64,000 nucleotides of DNA from a virus. The notes beneath the pieces were generated by a model, which ran no database searches, was not told the origin of the DNA, and was given only the letters and a program-made list of their open reading frames with translations. The DNA lies in IMG/VR virus record IMGVR_UViG_3300005805_000042; one strand, given 5' to 3'. Both the position numbers and the translations under genes were made by a program. Below, piece by piece: positions 8,453 to 16,687 of this stretch (the first letter of the stretch is position 1; every line of letters begins with the position of its first letter).

Positions 8453-8941
8453 CTAAAAAACTTTTTCTGAATTTTGTTCAACCCAAGACAAACTTATAGA
8501 AACATGTTTAGAAGATTTTTTCTTAGATGACTCTATTTTGGTTTTAACAATTTCCAAAACCTTGTCAGTTGTACATTTCCAAATATTCTTACAAGTTAGA
8601 CCATCCTTTTTATCAAACAAGGCGAAAAAGAAAGCATCGTTTCTTTCGACTCTATGAAGGTTGTCTTCGTGGATTCTGTCAAGTTGAAAGGTCCCCCCCT
8701 CTTTACAAGATAGGTATTCGTACTTTTCTTTACCATCCTTAGAATATGCATCAGCACCATGTTTTGTCTTATGACATTTATGGTCGAGAATTTCAGACAC
8801 CATCCATTCTTTAATAAATCCTGGTGTTAACAGGTCTTGTTCGAACCCATTTTCTTTTTTATACAGGTTTAAAGTCCCCACTAGTAGAAGGAGGGGGTTT
8901 TCCTGTTGTCTTATTAAATTTAGCAATTCTTCTTGGGTCAT
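8453..8941 (-). CDS. PvuII-like PD-(D/E)xK endonuclease-fold protein
   Basis: 162 aa; GADAYSKDGKEKYEYLS, FFFALF and HVSISLSWVEQNSEKVF parallel the PvuII segments GNDAVDNAGQEYELKS, WIFAIY and NPKIPVKYVMEHGTKIY (recalled from memory). Confidence 0.55.
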   Translation of the reverse strand: MTQEELLNLIRQQENPLLLLVGTLNLYKKENGFEQDLLTPGFIKEWMVSEILDHKCHKTKHGADAYSKDGKEKYEYLSCKEGGTFQLDRIHEDNLHRVERNDAFFFALFDKKDGLTCKNIWKCTTDKVLEIVKTKIESSKKKSSKHVSISLSWVEQNSEKVF

Positions 8942-8953
8942 AAGGGTATATGT

Positions 8954-9030
8954 TGGTGGGCCTGGCAGGAATCGAACCCGCGACCTCGAAATTATGAGTT
9001 TCTCGCTCTAACCGTCTGAGCTACAGGCCC
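8954..9030 (-). tRNA. tRNA(CAT), probably Ile2 (lysidine type) rather than Met
   Basis: GGGCCTG/CAGGCCC acceptor with encoded ACCA; loop CT-CAT-AA; Ile-like body with C4-G69 and C5-G68. Confidence 0.85.
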
Positions 9031-9191
9031 CTGATGTTTGTCAATTATAGAAAATCAATTTCATATTGTCAAATCGTTCACCTTGAAAGAGTCGAATTTC
9101 CGACATTTTTTATCTGAGTTAAAAGTGTTTAGTAAACTTCTTTTTGTTACAATAAACCTCATTAGTTTATTGAACAATTTTTAGTTTATTG

Positions 9192-9263
9192 TGACCCCGA
9201 GGCGATTCGAACGCCCGACTCGTGTGTTAAGACACACTGCTCTACCATCTGAGCTACGGGGTC
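9192..9263 (-). tRNA. tRNA-Lys(CTT)-like with a 6-nt anticodon loop
   Basis: Perfect acceptor GACCCCG/CGGGGTC and good D and T arms; GTGTG-TCTTAA-CACAC. Confidence 0.7.
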
Positions 9264-9346
9264 AGATTATTCGGTCAAAACTGAACTGTTTAAAGTCCAA
9301 AATCTTAAAAAATGAACGATAAAACAAACCAAAATGACCGAAAAAT

Positions 9347-9576
9347 TTAACAAAGTATAACCAGGATTCTGTATTTAATCTATCATTAGTCTATTTGCCC
9401 CCACCTTACCCGACCAGCTCACCGTCGTGGGTTGTTTTGGGTTGCATCCTCGGTGGTAATGACGATATAAGGATGTGGACTTATAACTGACCATTATAAG
9501 TTTGTTCCCTTATATCTCCCACCTTAAGCTGTGATGTCCTGAGTTTCCTCTCCGTAGAGCGACAGAACTTTGTTAA
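9347..9576 (-). ncRNA. rnpB: compact RNase P RNA (about 230 nt)
   Basis: P1 TTAACAAAGT/ACTTTGTTAA; P2 TCTGTC/GATAGA; CR-I GAGGAAACTCAGG; CR-IV-like GCAA and CAAATAG; CR-V ACAGAATCCTGGTTAT complementary to CR-I for P4. Confidence 0.88.
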
Positions 9577-9579
9577 CTA

Positions 9580-10089
9580 TTACAAATCCAACATTTGGCG
9601 ATGTGTGATATTTTTATTACCCTTAATTTCCTTTTTTCGATTCATCAGTTTTCTAACGGTCCACCAATCTTTCGATAAAAAAACCACATAACCTAAAAGT
9701 TTTCCCGAGTCATACGGCATTTGAGGGTCTTTCACCACAGAAATATAATAGGGAAAAAGATAACCTGAGTTTTTTTCACTAATCATGACTTTGTGAAAAA
9801 CTATCATATCAGAATTCCAACGTTCGAAATGAACATCAGGTTTTTCGTGTTTATTGATATACTCAGTAATGAGACCGTCTTTGATTATCAACTCAGAATC
9901 CCCATCTAAAAAGGTGTAGAATTCAGCAATTCCATATATGATAAGAAGGGTAATAACAAAAAAGAGAGTAAGAAGAATTATTGTCATAGTAAAAAATTTA
10001 AGAATTGTTTTCGTTGTTTTCAGGTTTAGGTTCAGGTTCTTCGGGTTTCGGTGGAACATTCCACATTTCATCCCAAAAGGTGTATTCAC
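9580..10089 (-). CDS. hypothetical protein with N-terminal TM segment
   Basis: ORF; likely start at MTIILLTL. Confidence 0.55.
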   Translation of the reverse strand: MNTPFGMKCGMFHRNPKNLNLNLKTTKTILKFFTMTIILLTLFFVITLLIIYGIAEFYTFLDGDSELIIKDGLITEYINKHEKPDVHFERWNSDMIVFHKVMISEKNSGYLFPYYISVVKDPQMPYDSGKLLGYVVFLSKDWWTVRKLMNRKKEIKGNKNITHRQMLDL

Positions 10090-10676
10090 TCATTGTTGTC
10101 AGGTTTAGAAAATGTTTCTTCGGCTTTACCGCCAAATTTACTGTTGTTAAACAAATCATCGTAGTCTTTGAATCCCCTTGTACGGGCATAATCATCGTTT
10201 TTCTTTCTCCGATACTCCTTGATTTTTTCAGGGTCCCTCATCTCATCGGGTGTTTCAAACCCAAGAGATTTAGTACACTCTTTTTCACACCATTCATGTG
10301 AACCGATTTGAATGTGGATTGGTAAATCGGTCTCGAGTGAATCCATAAAGTCCTCAAACTGATTTGCAGCAATGAACGGCATCGTGTAGATACCCTCATC
10401 AACAGCATATCCCGATTCATCTTGACTGTCAAAGATTTCAACCCTTCCCATACGGTATTTTTCCCCAAACAAGGAGAACACTCCATACCCGACGGTTGAA
10501 TAATGAAACCTACCAGGGTCACTGACTCCATGAATATCAATACACCCTGGGTTTTTTTCTATCCAAGTTCCAAGATGATTGGCAATGTCCGTATCGGTGA
10601 GTTTAATATTATCCTTCTCAGCATCGTGACGGATATTTGTTAAAAACCAAGCAAGTTTCTTTCTATCTATTTTCAT
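10086..10676 (-). CDS. hypothetical protein
   Basis: 196 aa ORF with upstream TATATTTG. Confidence 0.7.
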   Translation of the reverse strand: MKIDRKKLAWFLTNIRHDAEKDNIKLTDTDIANHLGTWIEKNPGCIDIHGVSDPGRFHYSTVGYGVFSLFGEKYRMGRVEIFDSQDESGYAVDEGIYTMPFIAANQFEDFMDSLETDLPIHIQIGSHEWCEKECTKSLGFETPDEMRDPEKIKEYRRKKNDDYARTRGFKDYDDLFNNSKFGGKAEETFSKPDNNE

Positions 10677-10696
10677 AATTGCAAATATAGTAATTT

Positions 10697-11635
10697 TTAA
10701 TAGGGTTTAGGTAGCTGGTCCTTGAAATAGGTGAATATTTTACCAACCTTTTCCCAACTACCAATTTCCCTGAGGTATTCTTCACCCCTTAGTGTCACCG
10801 TCTCATAAGCGTTCACATAAAAAAAATGAGAGGGATTTTCGATGAAATTCTTAGCACCCCACAAATGATAGATATATTTCCCCAAAGGAGAATCCACAGG
10901 TAAATCGAAATCTCCGTTATCGTAATAATGTCCAAAAGAATGAACAGTGTCAGACAAAGACCTTGATTTGAAATTACCATCGATTTCTTTATGGTATTTT
11001 AAAACCATCGCAGACAACAAATACTGCTCAGCAAAAGTCTGCATCGCAGTCTTGTCAACATAATCATCATCCTTGTAATCGAATTCACCTGAGTTATCCA
11101 ACACAAAATCAAAATATGACTTAATATAAAAATCCTTAAACTCTTGATGATTGAAATATAAAACCGATACATTAATCGGAAGTGACTGCTTGAAGTATTT
11201 CTTGTCTTTACCCCATTTCCAAGAAGGAGAAACACTTACCTCTGAGGGTCTTAAATAACCCGATTGTAACTCCCTGTGAAGATATACCATTTGATTGTCA
11301 TTGAACTTACTAATGGGTGTGTTTAAAATCAAATCGGTGTCAATAACCAAAAAAGGGGTTTTTACCTTAGACATAACCCATAGTTTTGGCGTTGCCCAAA
11401 AAGCATCACTAACCCTTTCATATGGATAATCATCAAAAAAATCGGTAACCACCTCATCGTAGAAATCTAACATCCCCAATTTTTCGTAAAAACCTAAAGA
11501 CTTCTTATCCGTGGCAAAGACAAACGGAACATCAGGGTTCACATATTTGTGATTACACACGGAGATAAGTTGAACCAAAAGTTCCAAATAAGAGGGGGGG
11601 TCATTATGAATGATATATGTGTGATATACTTTCAT
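10697..11635 (-). CDS. DUF6734-like protein (glycosyltransferase-like DxD fold)
   Basis: FWATPKLWV, PFLVIDTD and YHLWGAK motifs. Confidence 0.6.
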   Translation of the reverse strand: MKVYHTYIIHNDPPSYLELLVQLISVCNHKYVNPDVPFVFATDKKSLGFYEKLGMLDFYDEVVTDFFDDYPYERVSDAFWATPKLWVMSKVKTPFLVIDTDLILNTPISKFNDNQMVYLHRELQSGYLRPSEVSVSPSWKWGKDKKYFKQSLPINVSVLYFNHQEFKDFYIKSYFDFVLDNSGEFDYKDDDYVDKTAMQTFAEQYLLSAMVLKYHKEIDGNFKSRSLSDTVHSFGHYYDNGDFDLPVDSPLGKYIYHLWGAKNFIENPSHFFYVNAYETVTLRGEEYLREIGSWEKVGKIFTYFKDQLPKPY

Positions 11636-11649
11636 GATAAAGGTATTTG

Positions 11650-11687
11650 TAGCGTCGAGTGGATTTAAACCATTGAGCTACTACGCC
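11650..11687 (-). pseudogene. collapsed tRNA remnant (acceptor stem with a D/T-loop fusion)
   Basis: GGCGTAG-TAGCTCAATGGTTTAAATCCACT-CGACGCT. Confidence 0.55.
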
Positions 11688-11690
11688 ATA

Positions 11691-12179
11691 CTATGAGAAT
11701 TCAGTTGATGTAGAAACCCGAAGACCATCAAGGTATTCCTCGTGTTTACGATTCAAAATAAAACCACCACGGTCAGGATTTTCCTTATGGTAAGTTTCAA
11801 TGTCCCATCCGTTTTCCTGACCCCATTGAAGAGCCATTTGGATAAATTCTTCTTGACCCATAAGTTCTCCGTATTCATCAACCACACGACCATTTCGGAT
11901 AAACTCAAAGAGTTCTTCTTTGGTCTTATAGTGTTTTGAATCATTCCAATTCCACAGGAACTTCCAACCCGAACTTCGTTTACCCAAATGAATATTGGTT
12001 CCATCCAAAAATTCTTCCCAAGGTGACATGTAATCCCACTCACCAACTGATATTGAACGAAATCCTCGTTCGATTTGAGACGGATTGATTGAATCCATCT
12101 CATTGATACGCCGTCTCAGTTTTTGCTCTCGCTTTATCATTTCATCACCTTTCGGTACTCTGTAATAGTTAGTTCCCAT
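11691..12179 (-). CDS. hypothetical phage protein
   Basis: 162 aa; MGTNYY, IHLGKRSSGWKFLW and STEFS motifs of a common phage family. Confidence 0.7.
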   Translation of the reverse strand: MGTNYYRVPKGDEMIKREQKLRRRINEMDSINPSQIERGFRSISVGEWDYMSPWEEFLDGTNIHLGKRSSGWKFLWNWNDSKHYKTKEELFEFIRNGRVVDEYGELMGQEEFIQMALQWGQENGWDIETYHKENPDRGGFILNRKHEEYLDGLRVSTSTEFS

Positions 12180-12207
12180 AGTTTATTTTTTTTACAAAGT
12201 TAACAAA

Positions 12208-12852
12208 TTATTCTTCTTCGTCCTCATCCCAATCATCGTCGTTGTCAAGGTCATCCATTGTAAAGAGTTCTACAGTCAGACTCTTACCCCTAAAGTATTC
12301 TTCATCAAAACTTCGCTCGAGTTCAATTCCCTTGAAAAATACTTTTGAAACAAGTTCTTCTTCGTATTCGGGTGTTTCCATAGATTGAACGGTCACCGCA
12401 AAATCTGTTGGTTTTGGTTCTTCTTCGGACTCAATTTCAAGATTAAACATTGTTCCTTTAACTGTCTCATAAACCAAAAGAATGTTTTCTTTACCTTCAT
12501 GAGGATATGCATCGATTTCTTTAGCGTGGTCATCGGCGTTTTCAGGATATTCAAAATTTTCCATTGTTCGGTCTAAATCTGCGAACTTAACATCCCAAAT
12601 CACCTCGTCCTTTTCGTTCACCAAAACAAAATGACAACTGTCATTAGCAAGAGCAGTTGTGGTAACCCAATAATTGGTCATGTAATGGTCGTAGTCTTCC
12701 AAAATTTCAGGAAGGTCCATATACATTTCATCCAAAGTTTTATGTCCTTCTTTTTCTTTGAAAGACAGAATTGCTTGGACTTCTTCGTCTGTTAGAGTGT
12801 GGGCGGAGCCGTCCATTCCGTATCCGTTCACTAATAATTTGTATTTTGCCAT
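12208..12852 (-). CDS. acidic hypothetical protein
   Basis: 214 aa ORF with upstream TATCTTTG. Confidence 0.7.
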   Translation of the reverse strand: MAKYKLLVNGYGMDGSAHTLTDEEVQAILSFKEKEGHKTLDEMYMDLPEILEDYDHYMTNYWVTTTALANDSCHFVLVNEKDEVIWDVKFADLDRTMENFEYPENADDHAKEIDAYPHEGKENILLVYETVKGTMFNLEIESEEEPKPTDFAVTVQSMETPEYEEELVSKVFFKGIELERSFDEEYFRGKSLTVELFTMDDLDNDDDWDEDEEE

Positions 12853-12908
12853 AATTTAAAATTTTATCTTAACCACAAAGATACTAAAAATTTTTTTAAA
12901 GACAAAAT

Positions 12909-14372
12909 TTATTCTTCATTGTACAAATAATAATCTCCATAACCTCTGTATCCATCGGGTAATTTGTATAAAAATTTTTGTTCCCAAAGGGTTTCGACAT
13001 CTTTTTCAAAGTAAGGATACATTATAAATGAAGGTAACTTAGGTTCTTTAGATAAGATTACCTCTAAATTTAAATGTTGTACATTACCCCACTTTAAGAA
13101 AAGAATCTGACTGCTTACGACATGATAATCATAAGAGGCAAAATGATTTTCGTCCAATCTTTGATATCCTGTCAATGTTTCTTTTATGGGATTATCATTT
13201 TTATCGATTGCATTATGTAAAAAATTGTGCCAATAATCATTAATTGAAACTTTTTCTGTGTGGTATTTCACCGCCCTAAAAAAATAATCCCTTTCCTGAT
13301 ATCCAATCCCACAAAATCTTTCATCCCATAGACCAATCCTACGGATGGCATTTGGAGTGTAACTAACAAAATTATCGCCAGAACCACAAGTTACTAAATC
13401 GTATTGTTCGTGTAATTTGATTGTTTTATTTATAAAATGATTTGAAAAAATTGTATCATCTTGACAAGTAATTAAAATATCACAATGAGGGTCATTTAAA
13501 TCTGTAAATCCATTGAGGATTGCTTGATTCCAATTCCGAGATAAATGTCCCGTTGAAAAATCAGGTCTGAGTTCGTTATTTAAAATGGTGACTTTATCGA
13601 CGTAGTTTTCATTAAGAACAAAATTTGAGTGATTGTTGATTATAAAAATTTGTAAATTAGATAATTCTTGTTGATTAACATTAAAAAAAATAGAGTCTAA
13701 ACATTCGTTTAACAATACAGGGTTGTTATAGGTTACAATAAAAATTTTGATTTTTTTCTCCCTAACAAAATGAATATTAACTTCATTACCTAAGTGGTCG
13801 TTGTTAGTGACAGCAACTATTTTGAATCCATTATCAATTAAAAATTGTTGTGTCTCTTCTAATGTATTTTGACCATAGTAAAGAATATTTGGTTTTGCTG
13901 CGGCTTCAACCATTCCTTCTTTGACAATAGAAAGAAAATTCCCCATTCCCTTCAAGACTTTCAAATCAAAACCTTGAGTATCGACATGTAAAAAATCGAT
14001 TTTGGGTATTTTATTTTTTTCAATGTAATTATCTAATCTTATCACCTTAACTTCCTCTTGGTTTGTAACCACAAAATCTTCACGGCCATCCCAATCAGTT
14101 TGAGATTTATCGGAAAATTGTAAAATTGAACTACAACCCCAATCCGCTTGACCTGCAACATTTAAAAGCGTGAATTTTTCTTCATCACCAACAGCAAAAG
14201 GGGTGTAGTGAAAATTTTTAAGGTGTGAATATGTTTTTCTTATATGTTCGAAAAAACGAGAGGTAGGTTCAAACGCATGTAAATGAGTAGTCGAGTTGTC
14301 TTTGACTTCTTGGATGAAATTTGAACAATCGTTGGCGCCGACATCAAAAATAATTTTTTTTGGTGGTAACAT
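12909..14372 (-). CDS. FkbM-family methyltransferase fused to a GT-A (GT2-like) glycosyltransferase
   Basis: IFDVGAN, AFEP and LHVDTQGFD (FkbM); then IFIVTYNN, CQDD and WDERFCG (GT2-like). Confidence 0.85.
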   Translation of the reverse strand: MLPPKKIIFDVGANDCSNFIQEVKDNSTTHLHAFEPTSRFFEHIRKTYSHLKNFHYTPFAVGDEEKFTLLNVAGQADWGCSSILQFSDKSQTDWDGREDFVVTNQEEVKVIRLDNYIEKNKIPKIDFLHVDTQGFDLKVLKGMGNFLSIVKEGMVEAAAKPNILYYGQNTLEETQQFLIDNGFKIVAVTNNDHLGNEVNIHFVREKKIKIFIVTYNNPVLLNECLDSIFFNVNQQELSNLQIFIINNHSNFVLNENYVDKVTILNNELRPDFSTGHLSRNWNQAILNGFTDLNDPHCDILITCQDDTIFSNHFINKTIKLHEQYDLVTCGSGDNFVSYTPNAIRRIGLWDERFCGIGYQERDYFFRAVKYHTEKVSINDYWHNFLHNAIDKNDNPIKETLTGYQRLDENHFASYDYHVVSSQILFLKWGNVQHLNLEVILSKEPKLPSFIMYPYFEKDVETLWEQKFLYKLPDGYRGYGDYYLYNEE

Positions 14373-14379
14373 TTTTTAT

Positions 14380-14649
14380 TTAAAATATAGATGCCGCGTC
14401 GTCAGATTCAAGTAAAACTTTGATTCCCAAATATTTTTCACAAACCTCATAAAAGTCTTCCACCTTTGTTTTTGTCAAATCATGAGGGTTATCAATTGTT
14501 AGGTAGAAACCTGATTTGCTTTCAAAGATAGATTTTTCTTCGTTGTACTCAAAATATGCCATTTTTCTGTATCCACGATACTTGGCTTCAGGTAGAAATT
14601 TATCAAACATTGTTTGAAATGGTGGTTTAAAAAATGAACCTTTTGTCAT
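14380..14649 (-). CDS. hypothetical protein
   Basis: The track start overlaps a tRNA, so the likely start is MTKGSFF. Confidence 0.55.
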   Translation of the reverse strand: MTKGSFFKPPFQTMFDKFLPEAKYRGYRKMAYFEYNEEKSIFESKSGFYLTIDNPHDLTKTKVEDFYEVCEKYLGIKVLLESDDAASIF

Positions 14650-14651
14650 AG

Positions 14652-14724
14652 TTGTGTGAATGGGATTCGAACCCATGACCTGAATGGTATAAGCATTCTA
14701 CTCTCACCACTGAGCTACCACACA
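14652..14724 (-). tRNA. tRNA-Ile(TAT)
   Basis: TGTGTGG/TCACACA acceptor; GAATG-CT-TAT-AC-CATTC; ATGGG-TTCGAAT-CCCAT. Confidence 0.85.
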
Positions 14725-14730
14725 AATTTG

Positions 14731-14816
14731 TACCTCGGGCGGGAATCGAACCCGCACAGACATTACTGTCCGAGGGATTTTAAGTCCCTTGCGTCTACCT
14801 GTTTCGCCACCGAGGC
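14731..14816 (-). tRNA. tRNA-Leu(TAA)
   Basis: AGGGA-CT-TAA-AA-TCCCT; long variable arm; GCGGG-TTCGATT-CCCGC. Confidence 0.93.
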
Positions 14817-14847
14817 TAATAATACCACAAATATAAGGAAGAAATTT

Positions 14848-15552
14848 TTAGAAATCAAACTCCAGAATCGTATCTGAAGCACTTTCATAAATATTTTCAA
14901 CATGATTGATTGTTACAGACTTGTCTCCCAAATCAAAAACAACAAAACCCTGTGCACCTTCGTTATTTTCCCAACCACCAGGAAGATTTTGGTCAATTAA
15001 TCTTTCAACTATGGGTGGTGTATCAAAATATTGACCTTCAACCATAAAAGTATCCGAAACTGCGCCACTATCACCACTACCTTCATATGAAACCTCGATT
15101 TGTTGAATTTTTTTATCACCCATAACACCAATCAAAGATTCATAAGCCTCATCAGGGAGCTCTAACTCGAATATTTGTTCATCACTCTGAGTCCAATAGT
15201 CTAATTGCGTATTTACTGAAATTTTTCGTTGCCGTAGGTCCATTATAATAGATAATTCATAATTTGATGCCTCATCAGAATCAATGGTATTTAGTATTTT
15301 ATTAAAACTTACTAAAACTTCAGGTTCAATTTTTTCTTCATAGAATTTAAAAAGAAAATCTCTGATTTTTGTTGGAATAGTCAAACTTTCCCCCATAAAA
15401 TTCATATCAGTGTCAAAATCTTCTTCAGAAATATTCAGCTCGTCCCAAGGGTTATCATCAAAGTTAAAGTCCCATCTTAAATATTTTCTTCCCACAGATT
15501 TTCCATATTTCCACAGAAAGTTTAACATTCTTTGTTCTTCAGTTGTCCACAT
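14848..15552 (-). CDS. protein with C-terminal DUF6878-like domain
   Basis: YEGSGDSG and GWENNEGAQG motifs. Confidence 0.6.
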   Translation of the reverse strand: MWTTEEQRMLNFLWKYGKSVGRKYLRWDFNFDDNPWDELNISEEDFDTDMNFMGESLTIPTKIRDFLFKFYEEKIEPEVLVSFNKILNTIDSDEASNYELSIIMDLRQRKISVNTQLDYWTQSDEQIFELELPDEAYESLIGVMGDKKIQQIEVSYEGSGDSGAVSDTFMVEGQYFDTPPIVERLIDQNLPGGWENNEGAQGFVVFDLGDKSVTINHVENIYESASDTILEFDF

Positions 15553-15564
15553 AAATTATAAATA

Positions 15565-15918
15565 TCAATCAGCCGACTCAATTTTTAATGTCCGTGTCAT
15601 CCAAATTGGTTTAGGATTAGTCTGCAACCCAATAATCCATTCCTTTGCTGTTGGAATATAGTTGTTACAGTCTTCCTTGACATGTTGTTCACCAACATAT
15701 CGAGTGTACACGGTACGACTATCAGAGTTGACAAAAGATACTCCAAATACTCTTTCCATCTCAAAAATACCTTCACTATGGTGACGAAAGATTCTATGTA
15801 AAGAATCTCCGAACCAACCTTTAGTTTCATCCATCCACTGATGTAGATGATGATAATCCTCGGGTTTACCACCAAATTTTCTCGCAGATGATTTTGAATG
15901 TTCAAATGGGTGAGCCAT
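15565..15918 (-). CDS. DUF6915-like protein
   Basis: MAHPFEHSKSSARKFGG, HRIFRHH and EQHVKED motifs. Confidence 0.7.
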   Translation of the reverse strand: MAHPFEHSKSSARKFGGKPEDYHHLHQWMDETKGWFGDSLHRIFRHHSEGIFEMERVFGVSFVNSDSRTVYTRYVGEQHVKEDCNNYIPTAKEWIIGLQTNPKPIWMTRTLKIESAD

Positions 15919-16097
15919 TAAGATAATTGTTTCACGGTGTATTTGTTTCCACTCAAAGAGTTGGACTCAAACAATTTTGCAATTTTATCCGCAGACTCGA
16001 AAGTCTCGAATTCAATGGGTATACCCTCACTGTCGTTTACCAAAATTGTTATTTTTTGGCTCATAACCGAAGTTTCTTTCAGAATAATATAAGACAT
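15918..16097 (-). CDS. 59-aa hypothetical protein (below the ORF-track cutoff)
   Basis: MSYIILKETSVMSQKITILVNDSEGIPIEFETFESA...KQLS; the stop overlaps the next start. Confidence 0.55.
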   Translation of the reverse strand: MSYIILKETSVMSQKITILVNDSEGIPIEFETFESADKIAKLFESNSLSGNKYTVKQLS

Positions 16098-16210
16098 AAA
16101 TTTAGATGCTTGTTACGGTGTTACAATGAATCATAATCTCAACTTTTAAATCTTGACTGAAGGCAAAAAACAATTCGTTGATAAATTTTTTCATAGTTTT
16201 AAAAATTTTG

Positions 16211-16270
16211 TAGGGGTGACAGGTCTCAAACCTACGAATCCACGCGGTCCTAAACCTGAGATACACCCCT
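16211..16270 (-). pseudogene. shortened tRNA remnant (about 60 nt)
   Basis: AGGGGTG/CACCCCT acceptor; TATCTCAG D start; GTAGG-TTTGAGA-CCTGT T arm; no anticodon arm. Confidence 0.5.
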
Positions 16271-16297
16271 AATTACCCACAAATATAGAAAGAAAAA

Positions 16298-16498
16298 CTA
16301 AAGAGACAACTTTTGTTGTGCCTTTCTTTCAGCAACTTTCTGTTCGTGAAGTCGTTCATATGCCTTACTTGCGGCATCGGCACGATTCATTTTGGGGTCT
16401 TTCTGTATAATAGAAGAAGTCTCCATTCTCCATTCCTCAAAAAAACCTTTTTGGTAGGCATCAAAACCATAAGATTCGTACATTTTCTCAGTTGTCAT
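16298..16498 (-). CDS. small hypothetical protein
   Basis: 66 aa ORF. Confidence 0.55.
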   Translation of the reverse strand: MTTEKMYESYGFDAYQKGFFEEWRMETSSIIQKDPKMNRADAASKAYERLHEQKVAERKAQQKLSL

Positions 16499-16687
16499 TT
16501 CAATTACCCTGTTTATATTAAATATAATAAAATTTTAAAAATTAATACACTAAATTATGAATATTTATGGTGTATGTACAGTTTTTGGAACACATTATCA
16601 TCTAAATTATTTAATAAACTCGCTCGTTTTCAAATTAAATTTAAACGATGTGTCTTACGGGACCTGAAACAATATTGAAATATCAAA

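Noticed and set aside
9081-9125. Possible further tRNA remnant (TAACTCAG...GAAA-TTCGACT-CTTTC)
   Set aside because: No acceptor stem, and the match is too weak to separate from chance.
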